Positions 25,711-36,764 of a DNA stretch of 64,000 nt are shown here, one piece after another. A program made the translations under genes and the position numbers. This DNA is from an uncultured Bacilli bacterium (GTDB taxonomy: Bacteria; Bacillota_I; Bacilli_A; RF39; UBA660), in contig CANQHF010000002.1 of NCBI GenBank assembly GCA_947623685.1, positions 17,913-81,912 on the forward strand. The letters are read 5' to 3'. Positions within the stretch are counted from its first letter, which is position 1, and the number at the start of each line of letters is the position of its first letter. A model generated the notes under the pieces. That model had not been told where the DNA came from and ran no database searches. It saw only the letters and a program-made list of their open reading frames with translations.

Positions 25711-26958
25711 ATGCAAATCATACTACTTGATGAATTAAAATTTGATCAATTTGCTATGTCTCATCCTAATTATAATTACTATCAAACAAGTAATTATGGA
25801 AAACTAATGAGTAAGCACGGTTATAATTCTTATTATCTTGGATATGTTGATGATCTTGGAGCTATAAAGGCAGCAACCCTTTTAATCGTTAAAAACGATA
25901 AAAATGATAAAAGAAAAATGGGATATGCTCCGCGTGGTTTTTTAATTGATTGGAATGATGATGAACTTGTTAAAAACTTTACCATCGCCTTAAAAGAATT
26001 TCTTTTAAAAAGGAATTTTACTTACGTTAAAGTAGATCCACAAATTGTATATAAAGAACATAATATTGATGGAAGTGAAAAAAACTACGGAGAAAGTAAT
26101 TTAGGTTTTGTTCAAAAATTACAAGCTCTTGGATATATTCATATGGGTTATAATAACTTAATGGAAGCATCTAAACCAAGATGGAATGCACTAGTCATGT
26201 TAAATAATGACATAACATCACTTTACAACTCAATTTCTAAAGAAGCTAGAACAAAAATAAGTGATGCAGCAGCGATGGGAAATAAAGTCTATAAAGGATC
26301 ATCAAATGATATAAATTTATTATTTAATATTATAAATAAGATTAATCCACCTTTAGATTATTATTTAGATTATTATCAATTTTTTGGTCAAAATTCATTT
26401 GAGATATACTTTAATAGATTAGAACCAATTGAATACGTTAATTCCAGCAAAAATTTATATGAAAATGAAGAACAAAAAAATAACGAATTAAATATGCAAA
26501 TACAAGATTTTAACATTGTTAATAAGGATTTAATAATAAATCAAAAACTTAAATCTGATGAATTACTTGCAAAATATAAAAAGAATATGTTAGAAGCTAG
26601 TAAATTATTCCAAAGTTATCCAAGTGGAATTATAACTTCCGCGGTAGCATTAATAAAGTATGGTAAAAAAATATCATTTATTGCAAGTGGTGTAAACGAT
26701 AGTTTTAAAGATCAAAATCCAGAATATTTACTTAAATGGCAACTTATTCAAGAGTACGCAAAACAAGGCTATACCATGGTTGATTTAGGCGGAATGACAA
26801 ACGAATTTAAAAAAGACTATGATAGTACTTTAAAAACAGAGTTATCAAATAAAATAGTTGAATACGTAGGAGAATTTGACTTGGTAATAAATAAAAAAGC
26901 TTACTATACGGGAAGTAAGCTAAATCCTATTCTTAACTGGCTTAACACTCCAATTTAA
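25711..26958 (+). CDS. FemAB-family peptidoglycan interpeptide-bridge aminoacyltransferase
   Basis: About 415 aa with start MQIILLDE after GGAGGG. Has the two-lobed Fem architecture with a central coiled-coil insert (NELNMQIQD...). Confidence 0.7.
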   Translation: MQIILLDELKFDQFAMSHPNYNYYQTSNYGKLMSKHGYNSYYLGYVDDLGAIKAATLLIVKNDKNDKRKMGYAPRGFLIDWNDDELVKNFTIALKEFLLKRNFTYVKVDPQIVYKEHNIDGSEKNYGESNLGFVQKLQALGYIHMGYNNLMEASKPRWNALVMLNNDITSLYNSISKEARTKISDAAAMGNKVYKGSSNDINLLFNIINKINPPLDYYLDYYQFFGQNSFEIYFNRLEPIEYVNSSKNLYENEEQKNNELNMQIQDFNIVNKDLIINQKLKSDELLAKYKKNMLEASKLFQSYPSGIITSAVALIKYGKKISFIASGVNDSFKDQNPEYLLKWQLIQEYAKQGYTMVDLGGMTNEFKKDYDSTLKTELSNKIVEYVGEFDLVINKKAYYTGSKLNPILNWLNTPI

Positions 26959-26960
26959 AT

Positions 26961-26996
26961 AAAAAAAACATTCAAAATCAATTGAATGTTTTTTTA
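26961..26996. terminator. Bidirectional intrinsic terminator between the fem-like gene and tuf
   Basis: Stem aacattcaa (26967..26975) and ttgaatgtt (26982..26990), flanked by an A-run and a T-run. Confidence 0.7.
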
Positions 26997-27003
26997 TGCT
27001 TTA

Positions 27004-28188
27004 TTAAGCGTCAATTTTAGTAACGGTTCCAGCACCAACAGTACGTCCACCTTCACGGATAGAGAACTTAGTACCATTTTCAATTGCGATTGGAGCAATT
27101 AATTCAACCGTCATGTTAACGTTATCACCAGGCATAACCATTTCAGTTCCTTCTGGTAATGTAACAACACCTGTTACATCAGTAGTTCTGAAATAGAATT
27201 GTGGTCTGTAATTTGAGAAGAATGGAGTATGTCTTCCGCCTTCTTCCTTACTTAATACGTAAACTTGAGCTTCAAATTTAGTATGTGGAGTAACAGATCC
27301 TGGTTTAGCAAGAACTTGACCACGTTGTACTTGTTCACGAGAAATACCACGTAATAATACACCAGCATTATCTCCTGCTTCAGCATAGTCTAGTTGCTTA
27401 CGGAACATTTCAATACCAGTAACAACTGTTTTTTGAGTAGGTTTTAAACCAACGATTTCAACTTCGTCATTTAATTTTAATTGTCCACGTTCAACACGTC
27501 CAGTAACAACTGTACCACGTCCAGTGATAGTGAATACGTCTTCGATAGACATTAAGAATGGTTTTGTATTATCTCTTTCAGGAGTTGGAATCCATTCATC
27601 AACAGCATCCATTAATTCATCAATTGCTTTTTGATATTCAGGATCTCCTTCAAGAGCTTTTAATGCAGAACCGCGAATAACTGGAGTGTTATCTCCATCG
27701 TATTCATATTTGTTTAATAGTTCACGAACATCCATTTCTACTAAATCTAGCATTTCTGGATCATCAACCATATCGCATTTGTTCATGAATACAACGATTC
27801 TTGGAACACCAACTTGACGAGCAAGTAAGATATGTTCTTTTGTTTGAGCCATAGGACCATCTGTTGCAGCAAGAACAAGGATTGCACCATCCATTTGTGC
27901 AGCACCAGTAATCATGTTTTTAACATAGTCAGCGTGTCCTGGGCAGTCTACGTGAGCATAGTGACGTTTATCAGTTTCATACTCAACGTGTGCAGTGTTA
28001 ATTGTTATACCACGTTCTCTTTCTTCAGGAGCTTTATCGATGTCTGCATAGTCTTCGAATTTAGCTTGTCCCTTTTCAGCTAATCTTTTAGTGATTGCAG
28101 CTGTTAAAGTAGTTTTACCATGGTCAACGTGTCCAATAGTACCAATGTTAACATGTGGTTTTGAACGATCAAATTTTTCTTTTGCCAT
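27004..28188 (-). CDS. tuf: Elongation factor Tu
   Basis: 394 aa. Contains [18 protein letters not shown] and NKCD. Confidence 0.98.
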   Translation of the reverse strand: MAKEKFDRSKPHVNIGTIGHVDHGKTTLTAAITKRLAEKGQAKFEDYADIDKAPEERERGITINTAHVEYETDKRHYAHVDCPGHADYVKNMITGAAQMDGAILVLAATDGPMAQTKEHILLARQVGVPRIVVFMNKCDMVDDPEMLDLVEMDVRELLNKYEYDGDNTPVIRGSALKALEGDPEYQKAIDELMDAVDEWIPTPERDNTKPFLMSIEDVFTITGRGTVVTGRVERGQLKLNDEVEIVGLKPTQKTVVTGIEMFRKQLDYAEAGDNAGVLLRGISREQVQRGQVLAKPGSVTPHTKFEAQVYVLSKEEGGRHTPFFSNYRPQFYFRTTDVTGVVTLPEGTEMVMPGDNVNMTVELIAPIAIENGTKFSIREGGRTVGAGTVTKIDA

Positions 28189-28273
28189 AATTATTTTCCT
28201 CCCTATATAAATTACATATCTATTTTATCTAATCTAAAGGAAAATATCAAGTATTTTCCTTTAGGATTATTTA

Positions 28274-30346
28274 TTATTGTGCACCATTTTTCTTAATGAT
28301 GTCTTCAGCAATACTCTTAGGTACTTCTTCATAATGATCAAATAACATCATAAATGTTCCACGACCTTGAGTATTAGATCTTAAACTTGTTGCGTAACCA
28401 AACATTTCTGATAATGGTACGTAAGCATTTATCTTAAGTGAATTACCTTGTGCTTCTTGTCCCATAGGACGTCCACGACGAGATGTAATATCACCCATAA
28501 CATTACCTAAATATTCTTCTGGAACAACGATATCAACTTTCATGATTGGTTCAAGAAGTACTGGTGCGCAGTGTTTTCTTGCTTCTTTTAAAGCTAGTGA
28601 TGCAGCAACCTTAAATGCCATTTCGTTTGAGTCAACATCATGATATGAACCATCAAATAACGTTGCTTTAACATCTATCATAGGATATCCAGCTAAAACA
28701 CCGGTTTTCATTGCTTCTTGTAATCCTTTATCTACTACTGGTATATATTCACGTGGAACAACACCACCAACGATAGCATCAACGAATTCATAACCTTTAT
28801 CCTTATTTGGTTCAAATTTAACCCATACGTGTCCGTATTGACCACGTCCACCTGATTGTTTAATGTATTTACCTTCACAATCACCAGCACTAGTTAAGGT
28901 TTCACGGTAAGCAACTTGTGGTTTACCAACGTTTGCCTCAACTCCAAATTCCCTTTTCATTCTATCTACTAATACGTCCAAGTGAAGTTCGCCCATACCA
29001 GATATAACGGTTTGTCCTGATTCTTGATCAGTTTCTGCCCTAAAGGTTGGATCTTCTTCTGCAAGCTTTTGTAAAGCCGTAGACATTTTTTCTTGGTCAC
29101 CCTTACTTTTTGGTTCAATTGCAATTGAGATAACCGGTTCTGGAATAACCATTTTTTCTAGTATTACTGGATGTTTTTCATCACAAAGTGTATCACCAGT
29201 AGTTGTATTTTTAAGACCAACCGCTGCAGCAATATCACCTGCATATACTTCAGATATTTCCGTACGGTTATTAGCGTGCATCTGTAAGATACGTCCTATT
29301 CTTTCCTTAACTCCTTTGTTTGCGTTAAGTACGTATGAACCGCTTTTTAAAGTACCAGAGTACACACGGAAAAATGATAATCTACCAACAAATGGGTCAG
29401 TCATAATTTTAAATGCTAACGCAGCAAAAGGTTCTGAATCAGATGAATGTCTTTGAACTTCTTTATCGTTTTCATCATGTCCTTTAATAGATTCAATATC
29501 CGTTGGAGCAGGTAAGTAATCAACTACTGCATCAAGCATTAATTTAACACCTTTATTACCTAGAGCAGTACCGCACATCATAGGGAACATTTTAACTGCT
29601 AAAGTACCCTTTCTAATGGCCTTTTTAATTAAATCTACTGATATTTCTGCACCTTCCAAATATTTTTCCATTAATTCTTCATCAAATTCAGCAGCATCCT
29701 CAATCATTTCTGTTCTTTTGCTTATTGCGATATCTTTTAAATCATCTGGGATTGGAATTTCAATTGGTTCTTCTTCTTGTTTACCATCATATTGATAAGC
29801 TTTCATAGTAACTAAATCAATGATACCATTAAAATCAGATTCAGCACCAATTGGCCATTGAATAGCTGTTGCTTTAACTCCAAGCCTTGTTTTGATTGAA
29901 TCAACGCTAGCGGCAAAATCAGCTCCCATTTTATCCATCTTGTTTGCAAAAACAAGTCTTGGAACCTTCATATCGGTTGCTTGACGCCAAACGTTTTCGG
30001 TTTGTGGTTCAACACCGTTTTGAGCATCTAGTACGGTAACCGCACCATCTAGTACCCTAAGTGATCTCGTAACTTCAATTGTAAAATCTACGTGACCTGG
30101 GGTATCAATAATATTAAGTCTATTACCCTTCCAAAATGCAGTTGTTGCAGCAGAAGTAATGGTAATACCACGTTCTTTTTCTTGTTCCATCCAGTCCATT
30201 TGTGATTCGCCATCATGGGTTTCACCTATTTTATGGATCTTATGCGTATGGAACAAAACACGCTCCGTAACAGTTGTTTTACCAGCATCAACGTGAGCCA
30301 TAATACCAATGTTACGAGTATTTTCTAATGAATATTCACGAGCCAT
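28274..30346 (-). CDS. fusA: Elongation factor G
   Basis: Start [25 protein letters not shown] after AAAGGAGAAG. About 690 aa. Confidence 0.97.
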   Translation of the reverse strand: MAREYSLENTRNIGIMAHVDAGKTTVTERVLFHTHKIHKIGETHDGESQMDWMEQEKERGITITSAATTAFWKGNRLNIIDTPGHVDFTIEVTRSLRVLDGAVTVLDAQNGVEPQTENVWRQATDMKVPRLVFANKMDKMGADFAASVDSIKTRLGVKATAIQWPIGAESDFNGIIDLVTMKAYQYDGKQEEEPIEIPIPDDLKDIAISKRTEMIEDAAEFDEELMEKYLEGAEISVDLIKKAIRKGTLAVKMFPMMCGTALGNKGVKLMLDAVVDYLPAPTDIESIKGHDENDKEVQRHSSDSEPFAALAFKIMTDPFVGRLSFFRVYSGTLKSGSYVLNANKGVKERIGRILQMHANNRTEISEVYAGDIAAAVGLKNTTTGDTLCDEKHPVILEKMVIPEPVISIAIEPKSKGDQEKMSTALQKLAEEDPTFRAETDQESGQTVISGMGELHLDVLVDRMKREFGVEANVGKPQVAYRETLTSAGDCEGKYIKQSGGRGQYGHVWVKFEPNKDKGYEFVDAIVGGVVPREYIPVVDKGLQEAMKTGVLAGYPMIDVKATLFDGSYHDVDSNEMAFKVAASLALKEARKHCAPVLLEPIMKVDIVVPEEYLGNVMGDITSRRGRPMGQEAQGNSLKINAYVPLSEMFGYATSLRSNTQGRGTFMMLFDHYEEVPKSIAEDIIKKNGAQ

Positions 30347-30360
30347 ATACTTCTCCTTTC

Positions 30361-30828
30361 TTACCAACGATAATGAGCAAACGCCTTATTAGCTTCTGCC
30401 ATTCTGTGAGTATCATCTTTTTTCTTAACAGCTGCTCCAGTTTCATTTGAAGCATCAATTATTTCATTTGCTAATTTATCAGCCATTGTTTTACCATTAC
30501 GTGAACGAGCGGCATTAACAATCCAACGAAGTGCCAAAGCTTGAGCTCTATCTGGTTTTACCTCAACTGGAACTTGATAGTTAGCACCACCAACACGGCG
30601 AGCCTTAACCTCTAATGCTGGGGTTACGTTTTCCATGGCCTTTTTAAATACGTCATTTGCGTTTTCTTTAGTTCTTTCGTGAACCATATCAAACGCATCA
30701 TAAACGATAGTTTCCGCTTTACCACGTTTACCATCTAGCATAATTTGGTTAATTAATTTTGTAATTACTTTTGAATTATAGACTGGATCTGGTAATACGT
30801 CTCTTTTAACGGCACGTTTCTTACGCAT
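30361..30828 (-). CDS. rpsG: 30S ribosomal protein S7
   Basis: 155 aa. Ends with the canonical ...KAFAHYRW. Confidence 0.97.
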   Translation of the reverse strand: MRKKRAVKRDVLPDPVYNSKVITKLINQIMLDGKRGKAETIVYDAFDMVHERTKENANDVFKKAMENVTPALEVKARRVGGANYQVPVEVKPDRAQALALRWIVNAARSRNGKTMADKLANEIIDASNETGAAVKKKDDTHRMAEANKAFAHYRW

Positions 30829-30876
30829 ATATTATCCTCCTTTATTATTTTTTTATTCCTTTTTATTCTTTATGTA

Positions 30877-31290
30877 TTACTTTTTAGGCTTTTTTGCGCC
30901 ATATTTAGATCTTGCTTGTTTTCTTTCGGCAACTCCGGCAGTATCCAAAGTACCTCTTATGATATGGTAACGTACACCGATAAGGTCCTTTACACGACCA
31001 CCACGTATTAAAACAACGCTGTGCTCTTGTAAATTATGTCCCTCACCTGGAATGTAGGCAGTTACTTCATAACCGTTACTTAAACGTACACGGGCATACT
31101 TACGTAATGCAGAGTTTGGTTTCTTTGGTGTCATCGTTCCAACACGAGTACATACACCACGCTTTTGTGGAGAGTTTGCACTTAAGTTTTTCTTCTTCAA
31201 AGTGTTAGTTCTAACAAGTAAAACCGGTGCTTTTGGCTTACGTGTTTTCTTTTGTCTTCCATGACGAAGAATTTGATTCATTGTAGGCAT
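30877..31290 (-). CDS. rpsL: 30S ribosomal protein S12
   Basis: 137 aa. Contains [10 protein letters not shown]. Confidence 0.97.
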   Translation of the reverse strand: MPTMNQILRHGRQKKTRKPKAPVLLVRTNTLKKKNLSANSPQKRGVCTRVGTMTPKKPNSALRKYARVRLSNGYEVTAYIPGEGHNLQEHSVVLIRGGRVKDLIGVRYHIIRGTLDTAGVAERKQARSKYGAKKPKK

Positions 31291-31388
31291 AATTTCTGCT
31301 CCTTTCTTAACACACTACCTGGTGTTTCTTTTAAAATATATTTTTAAGCCTTACCAAAATATAGTAAGACTCAAACATAGGCTTATAT

Positions 31389-31418
31389 AATATAACACTT
31401 TTTTATGTAAAATGTCAA
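31389..31418 (-). promoter_or_regulatory. Putative str-operon promoter (TTGACA-18 nt-TATATT)
   Basis: On the minus strand, TTGACA is at 31418..31413 and TATATT at 31394..31389. Confidence 0.45.
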
Positions 31419-31433
31419 TGTTTTATTTAAACT

Positions 31434-31655
31434 TTATTCAGCTTGTTTATTAGCGTTTGCTTTTAACCCATATTTTTGATTAAATTTTTCTGCTCTACCA
31501 GTCTTTGATTGCATAGTTGCTTGACCAGTATAATATGGATGGCACTCTGAACAAACTTCTACGTGAATTTTATCATTGATAGATTTTGTTTCAAAGGTAG
31601 CTCCGCAAGTACATGTAACTATTGAAGTTTTATAAATACTTTCTTTTTTAGGCAT
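31434..31655 (-). CDS. rpmE: 50S ribosomal protein L31 (Zn-ribbon type A)
   Basis: 73 aa with CTC...[10 protein letters not shown]. Confidence 0.9.
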   Translation of the reverse strand: MPKKESIYKTSIVTCTCGATFETKSINDKIHVEVCSECHPYYTGQATMQSKTGRAEKFNQKYGLKANANKQAE

Positions 31656-31732
31656 GTTTTTTTGCTCCTTTCGCCATGACTTATAAATGAAGTCATAGAT
31701 TTAAAATCTTTTATATTATATCAATTGTATAA

Positions 31733-32494
31733 CTATTTTGCAAGTATTTTTTTATCTATTAAATTAATTACGCTTTTTCCCATTGCCTTATACCCATATT
31801 TAGTGGGATGAATTTCAAGTTTGGAAGGTAAATAATCATTATTTGCTAAAAATGTATCGTGAATATCAACGTACGTCATATTATATTTTTTAGCTAAATT
31901 TTCCATTTTTGAATTTGCGTATAAAATTACAGGTTCAACGGTGTTTGCCAAGGAAGAAGAAAAATTAGTGAATGGATTATAAAAACCAAAAATCATAATT
32001 TGTTCTTTACATGCTTTTCTTAATTCGTTAAGTAACTTATCAACGTCATTAATTGACTCATCAACGTAGGTGTAAATATCATCAAACTCATTTAAGTCAA
32101 ACTCATTGCCGATATTTAATTTATAAAACAAATCATTTGAACCAATACTTAAAGTAACTAAATCTGCCTTTATTAAGGCGTGTTTAATGGTTATTTTTTT
32201 ACCATTTACAGTTATTTCTTTATTATTATTTAAATCCTCTAGCAAATCTATGCTACGATAACCACTTTTAGCAAACTTTTTAGTATAAAATTCTAAAACT
32301 TCCTTATCTTTTAAATATTCTGCAACATAATCACCATAACTTTCTGAAATAGTGTTATTTGGAGTTTGTCCCGCTGCTAAAGAATCACCTAACGATAAAT
32401 AATATATTTTTTTATCCCTTGTTACAAAAAATATTATGGTAAGAATAATACCAGTAATTATAAAACCGATTAATAATTTATATCTTCTTTTCAT
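31733..32494 (-). CDS. Membrane-anchored SGNH/GDSL-family hydrolase
   Basis: 253 aa with an N-terminal TM helix. Motifs are SLGDSLAAG (block I), GSND (block III) and the C-terminal region. Confidence 0.7.
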   Translation of the reverse strand: MKRRYKLLIGFIITGIILTIIFFVTRDKKIYYLSLGDSLAAGQTPNNTISESYGDYVAEYLKDKEVLEFYTKKFAKSGYRSIDLLEDLNNNKEITVNGKKITIKHALIKADLVTLSIGSNDLFYKLNIGNEFDLNEFDDIYTYVDESINDVDKLLNELRKACKEQIMIFGFYNPFTNFSSSLANTVEPVILYANSKMENLAKKYNMTYVDIHDTFLANNDYLPSKLEIHPTKYGYKAMGKSVINLIDKKILAK

Positions 32495-32592
32495 ACTAAC
32501 CTCCCAAACAATTAAAAAATAGTATTTTATTACAATACTATTTTATTTATAATGTTCGTTTTTAGTACAAATTAACCGCTATTTTATAAAGT

Positions 32593-33852
32593 TTAATCCA
32601 TTTTTTCAAGTCTTATTTTTGCACCTACTTTAGATAGTTTTTCAACTATGCCTTCGTAACCCCTTAAAATATAATCGGCGTTTTCAATTATTGTTTGTCC
32701 ATCAGCGATAAGACCTGCGATAACAAGTGATGCTCCCGCTCTTAAATCCGTTGCTTTTACCTTTTTACCCTTTAGTTTACAAGGCCCTACGATAACCGCT
32801 TTAGAATTAGTTATCACCTCAGCTGTTGCACCCATCTTTTTAAGTTCGGCAATGTTTAAAAACCTATTTTCCCAAATTGTTTCATTAATCATTGATTTAC
32901 CTTTTGCCTGGGTTAATAAAGTAGCCATAGGTTGTTGTAAATCCGTTGGAAAGCCTGGATAAACCTGGGTTTTTATATTAACCGCTTTTAACTTTTCTGG
33001 GGCGCTTATTTTTATAAAATCAACGCCTATTTCCATTGGAACCCCAATTTCTTCTAATTTAGAAATAACTGATTTAACATGATCCGGAATAATGTTTTTA
33101 ATTGTCACTTCTTTTCCAATTAAACTAGCTAATATCATATACGTTCCAGTTTCAATATAATCTGGCACTACTTCATGGAAACAAGAGTGCAAATGTTTTA
33201 CTCCAATTATTTTTATTTCGCTTGTACCAGCTCCTGTTATTTTCGCTCCCATATTATTTAAAAACGTAGCAACATTTACTATGTGTGGTTCTTTAGCGGC
33301 GTTAGAAATTACGGTTGTACCAGTTGCCTTTACCGCGGCAAGCATAAGATTTATGGTTGCTCCTACTGATGCAAAATCTAAATTTATTTTAGTACCCACT
33401 AATTCATCGGCCGTAATAATAAATAAATTATCTTTTTCTTCTACCTTGGCTCCTAAAGCTTTAAATCCTTTTAAATGAAGATTTATTGGTCTTGCCCCAA
33501 TTGCACAGCCCCCAGGAAAATACATTTCTACTTTTTTATACTTGCTAAGTAAAGCTCCCATAAAATAATATGAAGCCCTTAGTTTTTTAGTTATTTTCTC
33601 AGGTATTAACTTATTTTCTATTTTAGATGAATCAATCGTAATAGTATCATCCTTTTTATCTACGATGGCACCAAGATAATTTAAAATTTCATCCAAAGCA
33701 TCAATGTCAGAAATATTAGGTACATTAGCAATCGTTACCTTTTCATCACATAAAACCGCAGCGGGAATAAGGGCAACGGCACTATTTTTTGATCCACTTA
33801 TTTTTATACTACCATTAAGCGTATTGTTTCCTTCGATAATTATTCTATGCAT
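32593..33852 (-). CDS. murA: UDP-N-acetylglucosamine 1-carboxyvinyltransferase
   Basis: Start MHRIIIEGNNTLNG after GGAGGAG. The active-site Cys lies in FPGGCAIGARPI. Confidence 0.93.
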   Translation of the reverse strand: MHRIIIEGNNTLNGSIKISGSKNSAVALIPAAVLCDEKVTIANVPNISDIDALDEILNYLGAIVDKKDDTITIDSSKIENKLIPEKITKKLRASYYFMGALLSKYKKVEMYFPGGCAIGARPINLHLKGFKALGAKVEEKDNLFIITADELVGTKINLDFASVGATINLMLAAVKATGTTVISNAAKEPHIVNVATFLNNMGAKITGAGTSEIKIIGVKHLHSCFHEVVPDYIETGTYMILASLIGKEVTIKNIIPDHVKSVISKLEEIGVPMEIGVDFIKISAPEKLKAVNIKTQVYPGFPTDLQQPMATLLTQAKGKSMINETIWENRFLNIAELKKMGATAEVITNSKAVIVGPCKLKGKKVKATDLRAGASLVIAGLIADGQTIIENADYILRGYEGIVEKLSKVGAKIRLEKMD

Positions 33853-33902
33853 TTTACTCCTCCACATCTATTGTATTGTATTAAAATCTAAATAAAAAGT
33901 GA

Positions 33903-34679
33903 TTAAATAGCCCTTTGTTTTGAACCAAATAACACGTTTTTTTCATGAACTAACGCCTTTATTTTAGCACCAATTTTACCAGAATCATATTCTATTTTAT
34001 TATTATAAGTATGTTTAAGGTGCCAATCTATGTCAACGTCTATCTTACATACCCCGCAAAAAATAACTGTTTTTATTTCATTTTCGGTAAGTTCAGTTAC
34101 ATTATGCATTACAACGGGTATTTTAACTTGCCTACATATTTCTCCTAAAAGCTTAAAATCTAAATCTAGCTTCTTATTCATATTACTTTTATTACCAACA
34201 AAAACTGATAGACTGTCTACTCCTGTTTCAATAACAAAGTTTTTAGCATCATATGGATCTGTATAACTAGATTCAGTATTTCCTTTTTTTGCTATTTCAA
34301 CGCTTACACCTTTATTTTTTGCATATTTAATTGCTTCTTTAATATCAGATTCTAAAGGCGTATCTAACATAATGGAAGTAAAACCTTTATCTACTGCCTT
34401 TTTACACATGCTAAATGAATCTATATAATCAAGGTGTAATACTACCGGTATTTTTATATTTAAATCCTTAATTAAGGATTTAACAACGTTATAAATTGCG
34501 TTTAACCCGCCAAGGTGATCTACGCTTTTTTCTGCTACTGATAATATAACAGGGCTTTTATCTTCATTGCAAGCTTCAAGTATATACCTAATCCAATCTA
34601 AATTATTAATACTATATGCTCCAATTGCATATCCTTTTTTCATTGCCATGTTTAAAATACTATCACTATTTACTAGCAT
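33903..34679 (-). CDS. Class II fructose/tagatose-bisphosphate aldolase-fold protein with degenerate catalytic motifs
   Basis: Aligns by eye to FbaA, which I recall from memory, and sits in the syntenic fbaA position. HLDHG becomes HLDYI, EAELG becomes VEIAKKG, SVHG becomes VFVG, and LHGGTG becomes MHNVTE. Confidence 0.6.
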   Translation of the reverse strand: MLVNSDSILNMAMKKGYAIGAYSINNLDWIRYILEACNEDKSPVILSVAEKSVDHLGGLNAIYNVVKSLIKDLNIKIPVVLHLDYIDSFSMCKKAVDKGFTSIMLDTPLESDIKEAIKYAKNKGVSVEIAKKGNTESSYTDPYDAKNFVIETGVDSLSVFVGNKSNMNKKLDLDFKLLGEICRQVKIPVVMHNVTELTENEIKTVIFCGVCKIDVDIDWHLKHTYNNKIEYDSGKIGAKIKALVHEKNVLFGSKQRAI

Positions 34680-34766
34680 ATCATACACCTTCTATGTTAA
34701 TTCTAACATATTTTATCTTACTTATTAAATAAAAAACACTAGAATTTACATTCTAGTGTATATATA

Positions 34767-36149
34767 TTATTTTGTATAAGCATATCCTTTGCTTAAGTCA
34801 GCATCAGAGTAAACTTTTTTAGCTGCTTCAAACTCATCAGGATCATAAACATCTACACCATCTTCATCAGTTGGCACAAAATGTTCAACAACCGTTGTAG
34901 GTTCAGTTCCAGGTTCTTTATGTTCTTTTGTTACTGATTCTGCTGGTTTAACTGAAGTTTCTGGTTTTCCTACTGGCTTGTTACCTGCTTCATATTTTGT
35001 TGTAGGCTCCGTAGTAGATGGAGTTGCAACTTCTTGTTTTTTAACCGTTGTAGGTTCTTTTATTACTTCTTGCTTTCCAGTGTTTCCTTTTGCAGGAGTT
35101 CCGCCTTTAGAAACTAATTTAGTTGTACTTTCTTCATTTTTTGTTGTTCCAACATATTTATCTTTGTTTTTGTTTGCATCATTTTGATCATTTTTATCAA
35201 AGTAGCTACCTGTTTTAGGTTTTTGGCAACTTTTTCCATCTTTTACATCAGTTATAATCGCATTATTTTGAACAAAGTCATTTAATGCATAAGTCAAATA
35301 TGATCCTTGGAAATCCTTTTTAAATGTTGTTTGATCTTCTAAAGTCATTTCACCATAGAATAATATGTAAATTGCCTTTATAGAACTTGCAATAAGAGCT
35401 TTGTTATAAGCATTTACTTTTTTATCAGCAAGTATTTTATTTGCAAGTTCACCAAATTCCTTACTATTTTGCTTATAATCATCTTTATTGCCCATAAGTA
35501 TATCGCATTTTTGCTCATTTAAAATACCATCATATAAAGCTGCATATGTTTTATAGGTGTAATCATCTTTATCTAACAAGGTAAGAGCAACTGCTAATGC
35601 TTCTTTTAAAGCTTTGTTTTCATCTATTTTTTCATTTTTATCTTTAGCGTTTTTATATTCTAAAATTGATGGTGATAAAATCTTGTAAATTGAAGTACCA
35701 TAAGAACGTACTTCTTCTAAAATTTCATCATCACTAAGACCTTTAAAATCAGCTTTAGTTAATCTACCATTAAAGTATTTAACCATTCTTTGAGTTAATT
35801 TTACATCTTTAGTTGTGGTATCTTTTGCGTTGTTTTTATTAACTTCATCAACTAATTTTTGTAAGTCATTTGAATTATCAACATCAACTGGAGAATATAA
35901 TACAAGCTCATATTCTTGTTTGCTATTTTCATCTATTTGTTGTTCTTGTGAAGTAGAAGGTAAAGTCTCTTCTTCTTCTTTATTATTTTTTCTTGCGCAA
36001 CCATAAACTATTGCACCAACTAAAGTACAACCTGCTAATACCACTGCTATTATTTTTTTAGTAGCGCCATTATCCTTATGTGCACCTACGTTTAATGTAT
36101 TTATTTCGTTTGGATCAACTTCATTATAATTGAAATTTCTATCTTCCAT
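34767..36149 (-). CDS. Hypothetical single-pass membrane protein with Lys/Thr/Pro-rich C-terminal region
   Basis: 460 aa with a TM helix at about residues 33-50 (IIAVVLAGCTLVGAIVYG). No motif recognised. Confidence 0.5.
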   Translation of the reverse strand: MEDRNFNYNEVDPNEINTLNVGAHKDNGATKKIIAVVLAGCTLVGAIVYGCARKNNKEEEETLPSTSQEQQIDENSKQEYELVLYSPVDVDNSNDLQKLVDEVNKNNAKDTTTKDVKLTQRMVKYFNGRLTKADFKGLSDDEILEEVRSYGTSIYKILSPSILEYKNAKDKNEKIDENKALKEALAVALTLLDKDDYTYKTYAALYDGILNEQKCDILMGNKDDYKQNSKEFGELANKILADKKVNAYNKALIASSIKAIYILFYGEMTLEDQTTFKKDFQGSYLTYALNDFVQNNAIITDVKDGKSCQKPKTGSYFDKNDQNDANKNKDKYVGTTKNEESTTKLVSKGGTPAKGNTGKQEVIKEPTTVKKQEVATPSTTEPTTKYEAGNKPVGKPETSVKPAESVTKEHKEPGTEPTTVVEHFVPTDEDGVDVYDPDEFEAAKKVYSDADLSKGYAYTK

Positions 36150-36197
36150 TCAAATCTCCCCCTTTGTTTGAATGCCATATATGTTAACATAAAATAT

Positions 36198-36689
36198 CTA
36201 TTTTGTCAATATAAAAAACGCATATAAAAATAGTGTTATACTTCCTATTAAAAATGAGTATTTTCCTATTGATTTAGACATTTTCTCACCCAGAAAAAAT
36301 CCCAAGAAGGTAAATAACGAACTTATTATGCAAAAAGATAAAACAACTAATAAAATGTTATCATACATATAGTTTATTCCAATTCCAACGGAAAAACTAT
36401 CAAAACTAACCGATAATGAAAAAATAATCGTGCCAAGTAAGTTCAATGGCCTTATTTTAGGCTTTTCTTCAAAAAAATGGGCAAACATATCAATGGATAG
36501 AATTAAAAACACCATAAATAGCACGTATTTGGGTTTTATTATGGTGTATTCAAAGATTGAAATACCAATTAAATTACCAATAAGCGGCATAAAGAAGTGA
36601 AATAATCCAACCGTTAGCGCCGTTATTATAACGTTTTTTATGCTTACCTTTTTTATTCCATATGATAACGCCAATGCAAAAGCATCCAT
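36198..36689 (-). CDS. mntP: Manganese efflux pump MntP family
   Basis: Contains SMDAFA-type motifs (MDAFALALSYG; FDSFSVGIG). The coordinates start at the first ATG. The frame stays open 14 codons further upstream, to 36731, without a canonical start. Confidence 0.7.
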   Translation of the reverse strand: MDAFALALSYGIKKVSIKNVIITALTVGLFHFFMPLIGNLIGISIFEYTIIKPKYVLFMVFLILSIDMFAHFFEEKPKIRPLNLLGTIIFSLSVSFDSFSVGIGINYMYDNILLVVLSFCIISSLFTFLGFFLGEKMSKSIGKYSFLIGSITLFLYAFFILTK

Positions 36690-36764
36690 ACTTAAACTAA
36701 TACCAATTAATATAATGTTTACGATGATAAATCACCTTCCTACATTAATATTATTACACTGGTA

